NCBI GenBank assembly: GCA_002269645.1
Contig: NIVC01001224.1
Location: forward strand, 1 to 64,000
Reading direction: 5' to 3'
DNA: 64,000 nt
Source of the DNA: Macrostomum lignano
Taxonomy: Eukaryota
The position numbers were made by a program, and so were the translations under genes. The notes beneath the pieces are model-generated. The model saw nothing but the letters and a program-made list of their open reading frames with translations. It did no database searches and was not told the origin of the DNA. Of this stretch, positions 51,330-64,000 are shown one piece after another (positions within the stretch are counted from its first letter, which is position 1; the number at the start of each line of letters is the position of its first letter).

Positions 51330-51745
51330 CTACAGGAATTCAGTTGCTCGAAATAAGAACTCAAATTAGAGAAAGTTGTTGCAAGCCTCTTGACCTCTTG
51401 ACGCACCAACTTGCGAAGGCCGTCCATCGAAGAAGCTTATTGGTGTAGTCATGCGTTCATCTTGTGTTTCACCTCAGTCAGGCTGGTAAAATAGTGACCG
51501 AAGGGATCCAGACGATCGGTTGAGGCCGGGCATTGTCACTGTGGAGAAGCTGCCCCGATTATGCATGAGCCCGAGCTTTCCAGGCCGTTTCTCAGCTATA
51601 GTTTTTGTGGCGAATTGGCCCGCCTGAGTAGGTCAGCGTAATAGACGGCGTTTGATCGATCTGTCTGATACGCGGAAGTCAATGTGGATCACCCAGGGAA
51701 CAGTATGGGCCTTGACTGGGTAGCCTGGGTAGTCTCCGGGAGAGC
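51330..51745 (-). pseudogene. Decayed mariner (DD34D-type) transposase fragment
   Basis: The minus strand reads, with frameshifts and deletions, VIHIDF (51675-51692), NAVYYADLLRR (from 51652), IAEKRPGKL, LLHSDNARP (DNARP 51523-51537), EVKHKM and DGLRKLVR (51401-51424), in mariner order. Confidence 0.75.
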
Positions 51746-53313
51746 TGACAACCTACTGGGCTAGCTGACAACCTACCGAGCTAGCGGGATTGTTCATTTT
51801 TGGTTCTGGTTGGCGACCATACTGCAACCATCGGGTAAAATCTTTTATTACATGTAAGACAATTAATAAGCATGGGGGGCAATGCAGACAAGATCTGCCG
51901 CGTGGCTAATGCGCTACAGGAAAAAGCATTGCGGGCAAACCTCCGCGGGAAAAGCTCGGCGGACAAATTTCGACGGGCAATTCTCATTGACCCCTTCCTG
52001 GCTTGATCTCTTCCTGTCAGAGAAAGAACGTGCACATGATGGCTTCGTTGGGTATTGTTAGCAGTTTGCATTTCATATAAAAATGAAGCTTACAGAATAG
52101 ATAGAACGTAATTAGCCAGATGGATTCAAAAAATGAATATATACTCGGCAACATTGAAAAGTCGCCACTCTATGCGCCCGTGAGCAATTTCTCTTGGACT
52201 ATTCTGAACTAAAAGATGCCAGAAAACTGATCGGGGTAGCTTTTATCAGTTCAACCCTGGCACACCGCTCTCCGCCCAACTTCATTCTTCAACCCAAGTA
52301 GCTAAGTTGCGTCACTCGCAAAGATTGAGAGACTTTACCTGCACTCTCAATAGTGGCGACCACAGACGAAATCTTTTGTGATGGCGACTTTTCGATGTTG
52401 CTGAGTGTACTCGTTAATAATTGTGTTCGAAATTTCTATGCAAAGGGCCGGGAAAAAGTACTCGTAATATGGCTAAAGGTCTCGGAAACACCCTCCTACA
52501 TTGTACATGTAGTCTACAGAAGGGATCTTTTGGGCACCGCCAAAAATCGAGCTGCGATCGACAGTCGCATTATCCCAAATGAAATTACTGTCTACATATG
52601 TTTATATATGCTAGCTTGCTGATAAGAGTAATGAATGATGCAACTGCAGTGCACTTTGTTTGGCCGAGGGCGTCTGCGTACATGGAGCGTATCGTGCGTG
52701 TGCGACGTGCGTGCATGATCGGGTATCATGCAGCGGAATTGGGCATAAAAACTGCTTTGCAACCTCGGTGGCGGCGCGCACCCATGGCCGATGAATTACA
52801 CGACAATATTAAGCCCCAGCAGGACAATTTTCGTGTAAGAGGCAAATATTAATGTTGCCGCGAACGGAATCGAATCCATCAACTTAATTCGGTACGTGTG
52901 AGAGTCGTTCAGTAAATCGTTGTTCAATACAAAGCGTGTGTACGAATTCCGCCTCCAGGGGCTTAGAGAATATTTTCTAATGGGAGGTTTCGATGCGCAA
53001 CTAAAACCGCTTATTGTGTACTCATATTTTGCATCTATACATGTAGAAAGTAGCTAAGATTTAGTCGTACATCGCTCTGTTTGTAAATCAATCGTCCGTA
53101 TAGTTCATTGGATAGTAAAAAAGCTGCAATACGCTCGACGCTCGTACACTGATAGGAGCTAATTAATTACATTTTCAATCATCAGTTACCATGCACAATC
53201 ATCTTTGATAATTTTTGGGGACCAACTATAGATACGACTACTGGGGAAAGTTAAAGTAGTGATTTATAAAAAAGCTAAGAGATTGATTCTCTAGATTTTT
53301 TGCTGATGTGATA

Positions 53314-53600
53314 CAAGGACTACTCAAGTAGTAACATATATATAGGACGCAACACTCGAAATCTATGGTAAATGTTTTGAAGGCAACTTTTCGCCGAAAA
53401 ATACACTACAGAGATAGGAGGTTTTAATTTTTTCAGCACAAAAATTGTTATTGCTTTTGATAGGAGGCAGATCCAGTGTTCATCTTTTGATATGTTGTGC
53501 CTTTCTTATTGCTCTATCGATATTCATAAAGCTTTTCGTTCAGAAATAGTTTTAAAGGCAGGTTTCACCGGAAAAATACACTACGGAGATTGGAAATTTC
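53314..53600. mobile_element. Truncated P-family MITE (one end only)
   Basis: Starts CAAGGACTACT; 53370-53545 closely matches the TIR of 45182-45869. No partner end or TSD was found. Confidence 0.7.
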
Positions 53601-54861
53601 ACGATTTTCAACACTTAAACAGTGATTGGGTCTCTTAACAGTGTCAGAGAAAGTCCTAATCACACTATTTTGTGTCTCACATGCTGCTCTAACAACGCAT
53701 TGATTGATTATTCATGTTAAATTGGTCTTGTCATTATTTTAGACGTTTTTTTCAAGTAAATCGATTATTTCGCATAAATCACAACTTTGCAATCACGATT
53801 AGTTTACCTTTCTCAGCATTCCGTTTTCCCTGGATATTTTACCGCTGACATCGACGCGCATGTAAATTGCGACTCATTAGGAATTAGGGTACATTGAAGA
53901 CCGAAATCACCTAATACGCCTTGCCATCCGTTATTATGCCGTCTTCACTGTTAACAATAAAAATATAACTTAAATAATATTTAAAGCATATCGAAATAAA
54001 ATTCGCTGTACGTGTTTTACAAAGGTAATTTAGTTAAGCATGCCTACAAAGGTTGGTTCAAACTTTGTTATAATTTTCATCGATAAAATGTAAAGGACTT
54101 TTTTAAACTTTCTCGATACATCCTTGCATTAAGTCTACAAGTACGTAGAAGCAGCAATGCTCCCTTGCCTAAAAAGATATTTGACAGAAAACGAGAAGGA
54201 AGCACTCAATTTTTTTCTAATTGCAAAGAACGGTTTGCTGCGCAAATGTCAATGTGACAGTCAATACAGTGGAGGCAGATAGTAACATAATTTCATTGTA
54301 GAATTTGTTCATACGACCTAAAGTTTTTTGCAACGGTATAAAAAAGCATCATAGGATAACAATACTAAAAAAATTCAAACAACAAGACATCTCACTGTTT
54401 CCCCCAGGAATTGGAGTCTGGTAAGTTGCATTTAAAAATGCATGTACATTGTAGCATTTACATGTATAGCATGCAGATTATATGTAACTAACTTTTGAAT
54501 GGCCGAAACAGAAATGTATTCATTCCTGGGTGAAAAAACAGTTTAAATAAAATGTCAGTTGTTGAATATTGAGGTGCTACTTATAGAGTTTGTGAGTTTT
54601 GAGAAATATTTTCATGGAAATTTTTTCTTAAAATTGCTGCTTAAGTAAGATATGTTCATAGTATATATTATTGTATGGTTTCCATTTTAAACTATAGAAT
54701 TTAGCAATTATTATTTTACTGTTTAGTTTTTATAAAAAAAATTAAATGAAGAATAATGCACACAAAGAATAATATACTGGCATTTTATTAGTTTATTTTA
54801 GCGGTATAATTCTATATAATTTTAGACAAATTATCCGGCTTGCATCAGCCCCCATCGGCCC

Positions 54862-57115
<2,254 letters not shown>

Positions 57116-57154
57116 CGACCTGGTGCATCGGTCATAATTCAAGCTGTATTTCTG

Positions 57155-57195
57155 CAAGGACTACTAAATAACAAGGACGCTGAACTCCAAAACTT
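57155..57195. mobile_element. Orphan P-family terminus
   Basis: CAAGGACTACTAAATAACAAGGACGCTGAACTC matches the family end consensus. Confidence 0.5.
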
Positions 57196-57254
57196 TGTTT
57201 TTATAGTGGAGTCGTTTTTTGTTTCTTAAATGCAATAGCAGGAAAGCGCTGTTG

Positions 57255-57635
57255 TTGGGGACGGGTGTTTGTGGGGTGTGCGTTGATGGGAGATGGGTGT
57301 TTGTGGGGTGTGCGTTGATGGGAGATGGGTGTTTGTGGGGTGTGCGTTGTTGGGGGATGGGTGTTTGTGGGGTGTGCGTTGTTGGGGGACGGGTGTTTGT
57401 GGGGTGTGCGTTGATGGGAGATGGGTGTTTGTGGGGTATGCGTTGTTGGGGGACGGGTGTTTGTGGGGTATGCGTTGTTGGGGATGAGTGTTTGTGGGGT
57501 GAGCGTTGATGGGAGATGGGTGTTTGTGGGGTGTGCGTTGATGGGGAATGGGTGTTTGTGGGGTGTGCGTTGATGGGGAATGGGTGTTTGTGGGGTGTGC
57601 GTTGATGGGGAATGGGTGTTTGTGGGGTGTGCGTT
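57255..57635. repeat. About 31-bp GT-rich minisatellite 3' of the NCS gene
   Basis: GGGTGTTTGTGGGGTGTGCGTTG repeated. Confidence 0.9.
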
Positions 57636-58244
57636 AAGTTGGGAAACGGGTGATTGTGGGGGTTGGTGTTTGTGGGAGTGGGTGTTCTTGGGGTGAAGTT
57701 TTTGGGGGTGGGTGTCCCTCTGCGTGTCGGTCTGTTTTAAAATTTGGACGATGGTCCAAATTCCATGAACTGCGGTAGTCCACGACAGGCATGCTTTTCC
57801 CGTGCATTCGCGAGATACCGATAAAAAATAAAATTACATGAGTTTTGTGAACATTTATGACAGTCCTTCATAAACTTTTTCACGATTTTAGAACCTCGCA
57901 CTCATCGATTTTGTAATGATATTTTCATAGTTTCGAAAAGCTTTGCAAATAGAAATACATTTTAAAGTTTCAATTCTGTCATAATCATTGATGCCGTCAA
58001 ATGGAATGCTGTCTCATTTAATTTACATTTAATACTGAGTTCTGTGTCCCATATTTTGCTTGTGTTGTGTATAAAATTTGTTCTAACTTTCATCTGTGCA
58101 TTTTCATTTTTCACTATTGTGCATATGGTAAGCGTGCTCCTTGTTTGTAATCAATTGTTTTACTGATTTGTGCACTTTCAGAATGTTCTTGTCTATTAGG
58201 AACCAATATTATTTCTGATAAATTCTACATGTGCAAATCAGAGT

Positions 58245-58560
58245 CCATCTCCAGATTCTGTGATTAGAGCTCCATATTTTCTGCGCCCAGGTAACCTCTC
58301 CAGATTCTATGATTAGAGCTCCATAATTGTTTATGCCAGTTTGCCTCTCCAGATTGAATGATTAGAGCTCCATAATAGTTTATGCGCCAATTTACCTTCT
58401 CCAGATTGCATGATTAGAGCTCCATAATAGTTTATGCCCCAGTTGGCCTCTCCAGATTCTATTATTAGAGCTCCATAATGGTGTATGCGCAGTTTACCTC
58501 TTCAGAATCATCATGGCTTAGTTAGGGCATCGCCACTTCTTCTCTCCAGAATCTATGACT
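58245..58560. repeat. Degenerate array of about 41 bp (CTCTCCAGATT..ATGATTAGAGCTCCATA)
   Basis: About 7 diverged copies. Confidence 0.8.
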
Positions 58561-59212
58561 TGAGCTCCATGATTTTAGAGATTAGACTAGCTCTCCTCTC
58601 CAGATATACTGTCACTATCAGTTGTCGGAGCATAAATCCTAAAAAATAGTAAATTCATTTTTAAATTCAATCTTTAGAAGTACAGGCAACTCTTTAAAGA
58701 AGAACTCTTAAAAAAATTGATTGTTGTAAATCATTAATTGACTTATATTGTATTTTAAAAATGTATTTCCCTATATTATCATTTATGAATTCTACTAAAA
58801 TAGCTTCACTTAGTACCAACTCTTAGTTTTGTCAATTTTTACATTAGTTAAAATTTATATGATCGAAAAGTGCATAACAGTACGGTATTTCTATTGCAGA
58901 GCCTGGCCACAGGTAAGCGGTGATGACGCAAAGTGCTCGATCTGTGCTGGCTAGAGCTTTTGAGTCTATACTATTGACTCTGTTTGAGCTGAGCACGGAT
59001 AAACTGAGATTTGCTGGCTGCACACATTAGCTAAAGCCCTCCCATCCATGCCTGCTTAAAGCAAACAGTTAGAGCTACAGGCACTGATAAGACTTGGCAG
59101 TAAGCCTTTCAAGCCTTCAGCCTTGGCCCTTTCAGTCAAATTCGCGTAACAACATCATGCTCGGTGGAGTTGTCACGCGGCCTCTCATTGGCCTGATTTT
59201 AGTCTCTCTAGA

Positions 59213-59878
59213 GTCTCTCTTCATGAGAACACCATCCCTGAGAGTCTCTCTTCATGAGAACACCATCCCTGAGAGTCTCTCTTCATGAGAACACCACCCC
59301 TGAGAGTCCCTCTTCATGAGAACACCATCCCTGAGAGTCTCTCTTCATGAGAACACCATCCCTGAGAGTCTCTCTTCATGAGAACACCACCCCTGAGAGT
59401 CTCTCTTCATGAGAACACCACCCCTGAGAGTCTCTCTTCATGACAACACCATCCCTGAGAGTCTCTCTTCATGAGAACACCATCCCTGAGAGTCTCTCTT
59501 CATGAGAACACCATCCCTGAGAGTCTCTCTTCATGACAACACCATCCCTGAGAGTCTCTCTTCATGACAACACCACCCCTGAGAGTCTCTCTTCATGACA
59601 ACACCACCCCTGAGAGTCTCTCTTCATGAGAACACCACCCCTGAGAGTCTCTCTTCATGAGAACACCATCCTTGAGAATCTCTCTTCATGAGAACACCAT
59701 CCCTGAGAGTCTCTCTTCATGAGAACACCACCCCTGAGAGTCTCTCTTCATGAGAACACCACCCCTGAGAGTCTCTCTTCATGAGAACACCACCCCTGAG
59801 AGTCTCTCTTCATGAGAACACCATCCCTGAGAGTCTCTCTTCATGAGAACACCATCCCTGAAAGCCTCTCTTTATGAG
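59213..59878. repeat. 31-bp minisatellite (CTGAGAGTCTCTCTTCATGAGAACACCATCC)
   Basis: Period 31. Confidence 0.95.
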
Positions 59879-60721
59879 AATTATTGACGAAAAGTCTCAA
59901 CCTGAGAATTTCGTACTTTCATCGTCCTGGGAGAATATTTATATTGATAATCTCATCCTGAGAATATGTGCGGCAGCAGTTGTTATATTTTAAGATTGCG
60001 CCCTCAGCATTAACCAGGTTCAGTCGCATAACTGCTGAGGTTCCAGCGGTTTGAATGGAAAAGATCCGATCAAAGAAGAGGCTGACAGATTTCCATACAG
60101 TAGCAACCGATTGACAGGGCAGATGTCTGAAAACTGCGCTGGCCTACATACGGGATACGAGATTAGCATAGCTGAGTAAGGTAAGACTGTCCTATTAACT
60201 GCACAATACTGACTCATTTATCCTGTTTGCCGGGCGCGCCTGCGGACGCATAAATAATCAGTCTTAATCGAGCCTCTACATGCGTTTGCACTGGAAAGAT
60301 TTAGGGCCAGTGAGAGAAATATGCCTGTAGTCAGCAGCATGAGCCTGCGGGCCTGAACTCAACCCAGATTCTCATACCGGTTAATTTCATAATGAAATGG
60401 AGGGAACGATCGCGTATGGAAAGATGGGAGGAATACTTTGCAAATTTCATTAGCTTAGGTAGCTGCTGGTCATAATAAGTAGGGTTGGAGTCCTATGAGA
60501 CTATAAAACTGTCGCTGACTCAAACACTGCCATTATTAATGGGTAGTCTGGGTTGCACTTATTATGTGCTATAAACTATGCATGCACGTTCAGTTTAAAA
60601 TAAAACATAATTCCCAATGCATAAATTTAGAGAGTTTTGTTTTCTAAACGGATTTTGCAAAGATCTGTGCTTTTGTTTAACCTCAACATTTTTGGTATAA
60701 TAAGAATTGAGATGCGTCTTA

Positions 60722-61315
60722 GGACACCCTCCACCTCAGCCTTGCGACACTCTCCACCTCAGCCTTGAGACATCCTCCACCTCAGCCTTGCGACACCCTC
60801 CACCTCAGCCTTGAGACACCCTCCACCTCAGCCTTGAGACACCCTCCACCTCAGCCTTGCGACACCCTCCACCTCAGCCTTGGGGCACCCTCCACCTCAG
60901 CCTTGAGACACCCTCCACCTCAGCCTTGAGACACCCTCCACCTCAGCCTTGAGACACCCTCCACCTCAGTCTGAAGACACCCTCCACCTCAGCCTTGGGG
61001 CACCCTCCACCTCAGCCTTGGGGCACCCTCCACCTCAGCCTTGAGGCACCCTCCACCTCAGCCTTGCGACACCCTCCACCTCAGCCTTGCGACACCCTCC
61101 ACCTCAGCCTTGAGACACCCTCCACCTCAGCCTTGAGACACCCTCCACCTCAGTCTGAAGACACCCTCCACCTCAGCCTTGGGGCACCCTCCACCTCAGC
61201 CTTGGGGCACCCTCCACCTCAGCCTTGAGGCACCCTCCACCTCAGCCTTGCGACACCCTCCACCTCAGCCTTGAGACACCCTCCACCTCAGTCTGGAGAC
61301 ACCCTCCACCTCAGC
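60722..61315. repeat. 23-bp minisatellite (GACACCCTCCACCTCAGCCTTGA), array 1
   Basis: Period 23. Confidence 0.95.
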
Positions 61316-61859
61316 ACATAACTACGACTTTAGTTGCTTGTTTGTCTCAGTGTGCCAAAAATGGAAAAGCTTTATGGCGACAAGGGATATTCAGTCAGCC
61401 GCTCGCAAAGCTTGCGAGTGCTTTAGCTGTCCATGCCGGGACAAGCTCTCATTCAATACATGTTTATGCAACACCCATAAATGGAGCTATCACGTGACTT
61501 TTGAAAGTACACAGGTGCTTGAGCTGGCTGATAGAGCAGTTTACTTGGCAGTGCGGAGGTTCTAGATGGATCAGTCTTGTGTCATATGCAGGTACCAGCA
61601 CTTTGATGGGGTATTTATCAGTCTCTGGAAATTTCTAGAAAAGCCTGTTTGCCTGTTTACAATTGAAAACAATTTTTGAGTACTAATAGTAAAAAGAGTA
61701 TTTTAAGTACTGAAATCAATAAGTAAAATAAATATTATCTAGATATTATAGAAAAAATGAGGCAGGGCAACTTAGTGGTAAACGCGTCTGACTTGTGTCA
61801 CACCAAGGCACACAGAGTGTACATGCCTGACCAATTAGAAAGTCAGGGCCACTGTACGT

Positions 61860-62160
61860 GAGCGTGTGTTTATAGCCTAGTGGTTAGAGCGTCGGACTTA
61901 CGACTTGATGGTCCGGGGTTCGATTCCCGATCCCACTGGAACAATTTGTGTCCTTAAGCAAGACAACTAACTCTGCATTGCTTCAGTTCACCCAGCTGTA
62001 AAATGGGTGCCAGCATTAGCTGGGGTAATTGAGGGTGTGTGGTGACCCCCAACAGCCGTACGCAGCCTTCAGATGCGCCGCGCAATAGCTGCGGCTGAGC
62101 TGTCGGTTGCGCATCTGCCCAATAGGGCAGGTGTAATCAATTATTATTATTGATTAATAA
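61860..62160 (+). mobile_element. tRNA-derived SINE copy 3 (near full-length)
   Basis: A box TAGCCTAGTGGTTAGAGC, B box GGTTCGATTCCC, CORE-like segment and (ATT)n tail. Confidence 0.85.
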
Positions 62161-63102
62161 TTAATTAAGTGCTTGTGTACAGTATTGGCGCGCTTGCAGG
62201 TGCTCGGGAGTCAGCGGAATGGGCTGAATTGCCTCAGCGCTGGTTGTGGAACCACGTCGCCAAGGCGTTGCGCCAGGGTGCCCTCAGCCCTCCGCAGGTA
62301 AAAAAAGGTGTTTATAAGGCCAAAGATTCAAAACTCGTCTTCAATTCTGTCTGTTTAAAACTTAAGTTGTTCTATTATAAAAAATAAATAAACAGAAGTG
62401 GGAGATGGCATTTAAACATGTGAGTTAAGGAACTCAGTTGATTTTTCATAAAAATCATTTATTATTCAAAGCCAACTTTTAGTTTAACGTCATCAAGTGG
62501 ATACAAAAATTTTATATTAAAAACCTTTTTATGATCTACGCTACTGAAAGTAGCGCTCTCGCATATTGTTGCGAAACAAATGAAACAAGCGGAAACAGCT
62601 TAGAGACAGTTTTCACCATAGATTAAATTTTTCGAGGTGAGCACACCCGTGTCTATCCAGCAACTAGGGGCAGGTTACTTCATACATGTACATGGATCTT
62701 TGCACTATAAAAATGTGTAGAGCTAAATTGTTATCACAAAATTTGATGGCAAATAATTGGCTGATTAAAGTTTATGCATGTACCAATAGGCAATCAAGCT
62801 AATAGGTTTATAAAAACAGATTACGTTAAGGGGTTAGAACAAAAATATTAATAAATTCCAGTAAAGTATCAATAATTGTCTTGAAATATTACTTCAGACT
62901 GTGGTTTCTGCCACTATTTATTAACTTTCTGCGTTGCTCCAGCAGACTTAGGAGGTGACTTTGATGTCGTCTGAAATAATGAAGTAATGCCTCAACTTCA
63001 AGATACACATAATAAACGAAATGAGACACCTGCTTCAGAATTTGGACACATTCAGGCTCGATAGACGAGCTAATCTTTTTAGCCTGTGAGGCACCTTTGG
63101 AT

Positions 63103-64000
63103 TCAGCCTTGCGACACCCTCCACCTCAGCCTTGAGACACCCTCCACCTCAGCCTTGAGACACCCTCCACCTCAGCCTTGAGACACCCTCCACCTCAGCC
63201 TTGAGACACCCTCCACCTCAGCCTTGAGACACCCTCCACCTCAGCCTTGAGGCACCCTCCACCTCAGCCTTGCGACACCCTCCACCTCAGCCTTGAGACA
63301 CCCTCCACCTCAGCCTTGAGACACCCTCCACCTCAGCCTTGAGACACCCTCCACCTCAGCCTTGAGACACCCTCCACCTCAGCCTTGAGGCACCCTCCAC
63401 CTCAGCCTTGCGACACCCTCCACCTCAGCCTTGAGACACCCTCCACCTCAGCCTTGAGACACCCTCCACCTCAGCCTTGAGACACCCTCCACCTCAGCCT
63501 TGAGGCACCCTCCACCCCAGCCTTGCGACAACCTCCACCTCAGCCTTGAGACACCCTCCACCTCAGCCTTGAGGCACCCTCCACCTCAGCCTTGCGACAC
63601 CCTCCACCTCAGCCTTGAGACACCCTCCACCTCAGCCTTGAGACACCCTCCACCTCAGCCTTGAGAAACCCTCCACCTCAGCCTTGAGACACCCTCCACC
63701 TCAGCCTTGAGACACCCTCCACCTCAGCCTTGCGACACCCTCCACCTCAGCCTTGCGACACCCTCCACCTCAGCCTTGAGACACCCTCCACCTCAGCCTT
63801 GAGACACCCTCCACCTCAGCCTTGCGACACCCTCCACCTCAGCCTTGCGACACCCTCCACCTCAGCCTTGAGACACCCTCCACCTCAGCCTTGAGACACC
63901 CTCCACCTCAGCCTTGAGACACCCTCCAACTCAGCCTTAAGACACCCTCCACCTCAGCCTTGAGACACCCTCCACCTCAGCCTTGAGACATCCTCCACCT
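63103..64000. repeat. 23-bp minisatellite, array 2 (same unit as 60722-61315, runs off the window)
   Basis: AGACACCC at 63181 and 63204. Confidence 0.95.

Noticed and set aside
52293-53245. CCCAAGTAG...CTACTGGG as ends of a CMC-type element
   Set aside because: The match is only about 8 bp and imperfect, with no TSD or subterminal symmetry.
61870-61945. tRNA gene (also at about 1730-1800 and 19490-19530)
   Set aside because: A/B boxes are present, but they continue into a shared 230-bp SINE body and no full cloverleaf is evident.

Overview
Eukaryotic (animal) genomic DNA with GC-rich spliced exons and AT-richer introns full of minisatellites. The style suggests a free-living flatworm such as Macrostomum, which is an inference only. 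Seven protein-coding genes were reconstructed by matching GT-AG phases by hand, all on the + strand: a 5'-incomplete discoidin domain receptor, a myristoylated Src-family-like SH3-SH2-kinase, a GAPR-1/GLIPR2-like CAP protein, an intronless secreted ependymin-related-like protein, SARA/endofin (ZFYVE9/16), OSTC/DC2 (149 aa) and a neurocalcin/hippocalcin-like sensor (191 aa). Mobile DNA includes a P-element family (a THAP-bearing deletion derivative and two MITEs, each with an 8-bp TSD, plus orphan ends), three tRNA-derived SINEs, a 3.2-kb TIR element, a decayed mariner transposase and two 62-63 bp Helitron-like inserts. About 28 tandem arrays are present, including an interstitial telomere-like array. 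The most notable unexplained signals are an over-represented TA-CGAG(C/CG)-TA motif series resembling mariner excision footprints, and minisatellites that hug exon edges and share cores between neighbouring introns. Most ORFs in the supplied track are repeat-derived or antisense shadows. No CRISPR, rRNA or true tRNA genes were seen.
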